In this document: piece after piece, positions 63,889 through 64,000 of the stretch
Layout: each line of letters opens with the position of its first letter
Position numbering within the stretch: position 1 is the first letter of the stretch
Source of the DNA: Eutreptiella sp. 'Long Island Sound 2002'
Lineage: Eukaryota; Protista; Euglenida
Assembly: GCA_964036045.1 (NCBI GenBank)
Contig: OZ038378.1
Coordinates: 54,560,001-54,624,000, forward strand
Length of the DNA stretch: 64,000 nucleotides
Direction: 5' to 3'
Translations under genes and position numbers: made by a program
The notes under the pieces: model-generated
The model's input: only the letters and a program-made list of their open reading frames with translations
Told to the model about the DNA's origin: nothing
The model's database searches: none

Positions 63889-64000
63889 TGGGCCCTAGGG
63901 CAGGGCCAATTTGGGGCTGTGTACAGCGCAACGCACGGGGGTCACGATCCCAGCAATTCCACGTCTCCTACACCGATGAGGAAAGACGAAATGGAACTGT

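Overview
Eukaryotic, repeat-saturated window with no intact host gene. It most likely comes from a photosynthetic euglenid, inferred from a chlorophyll a/b LHCII polyprotein with short 'VAMFA' linkers. Contents: (1) a degenerate non-LTR retrotransposon with RNase H (206-4261); (2) an 8-unit light-harvesting polyprotein pseudogene (5.7-11.7 kb); (3) an ~8 kb array of a 47-bp hairpin satellite (20.2-28.3 kb); (4) remnants of Penelope-like, LINE and Ty3/gypsy elements; (5) a five-level nest of DNA transposons (44-61 kb). The main result is a set of DNA transposons with RAG1/Transib-like (CMC/Transib clade) DDE transposases and 2-bp target duplications. Elements A (47715-56762) and B (43959-60784) share 5'-TG(T/A)GGTG TIRs and a three-gene layout: 2OG-Fe(II) dioxygenase-like plus Cys-rich protein, coiled-coil protein, transposase. 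Each gene is preceded by an array of the element's own TIR core motif. A third, truncated copy lies at 13.5-20.2 kb. Element D (15565-20013) has perfect 28-bp CCCTAG TIRs, GT-AG introns and Zn-knuckle and Tudor-like cargo. Most boundaries could be checked inside the window using paralogous empty sites or a restored reading frame. All protein assignments are by-eye motif recognition, not database hits, and every copy carries stops or frameshifts.
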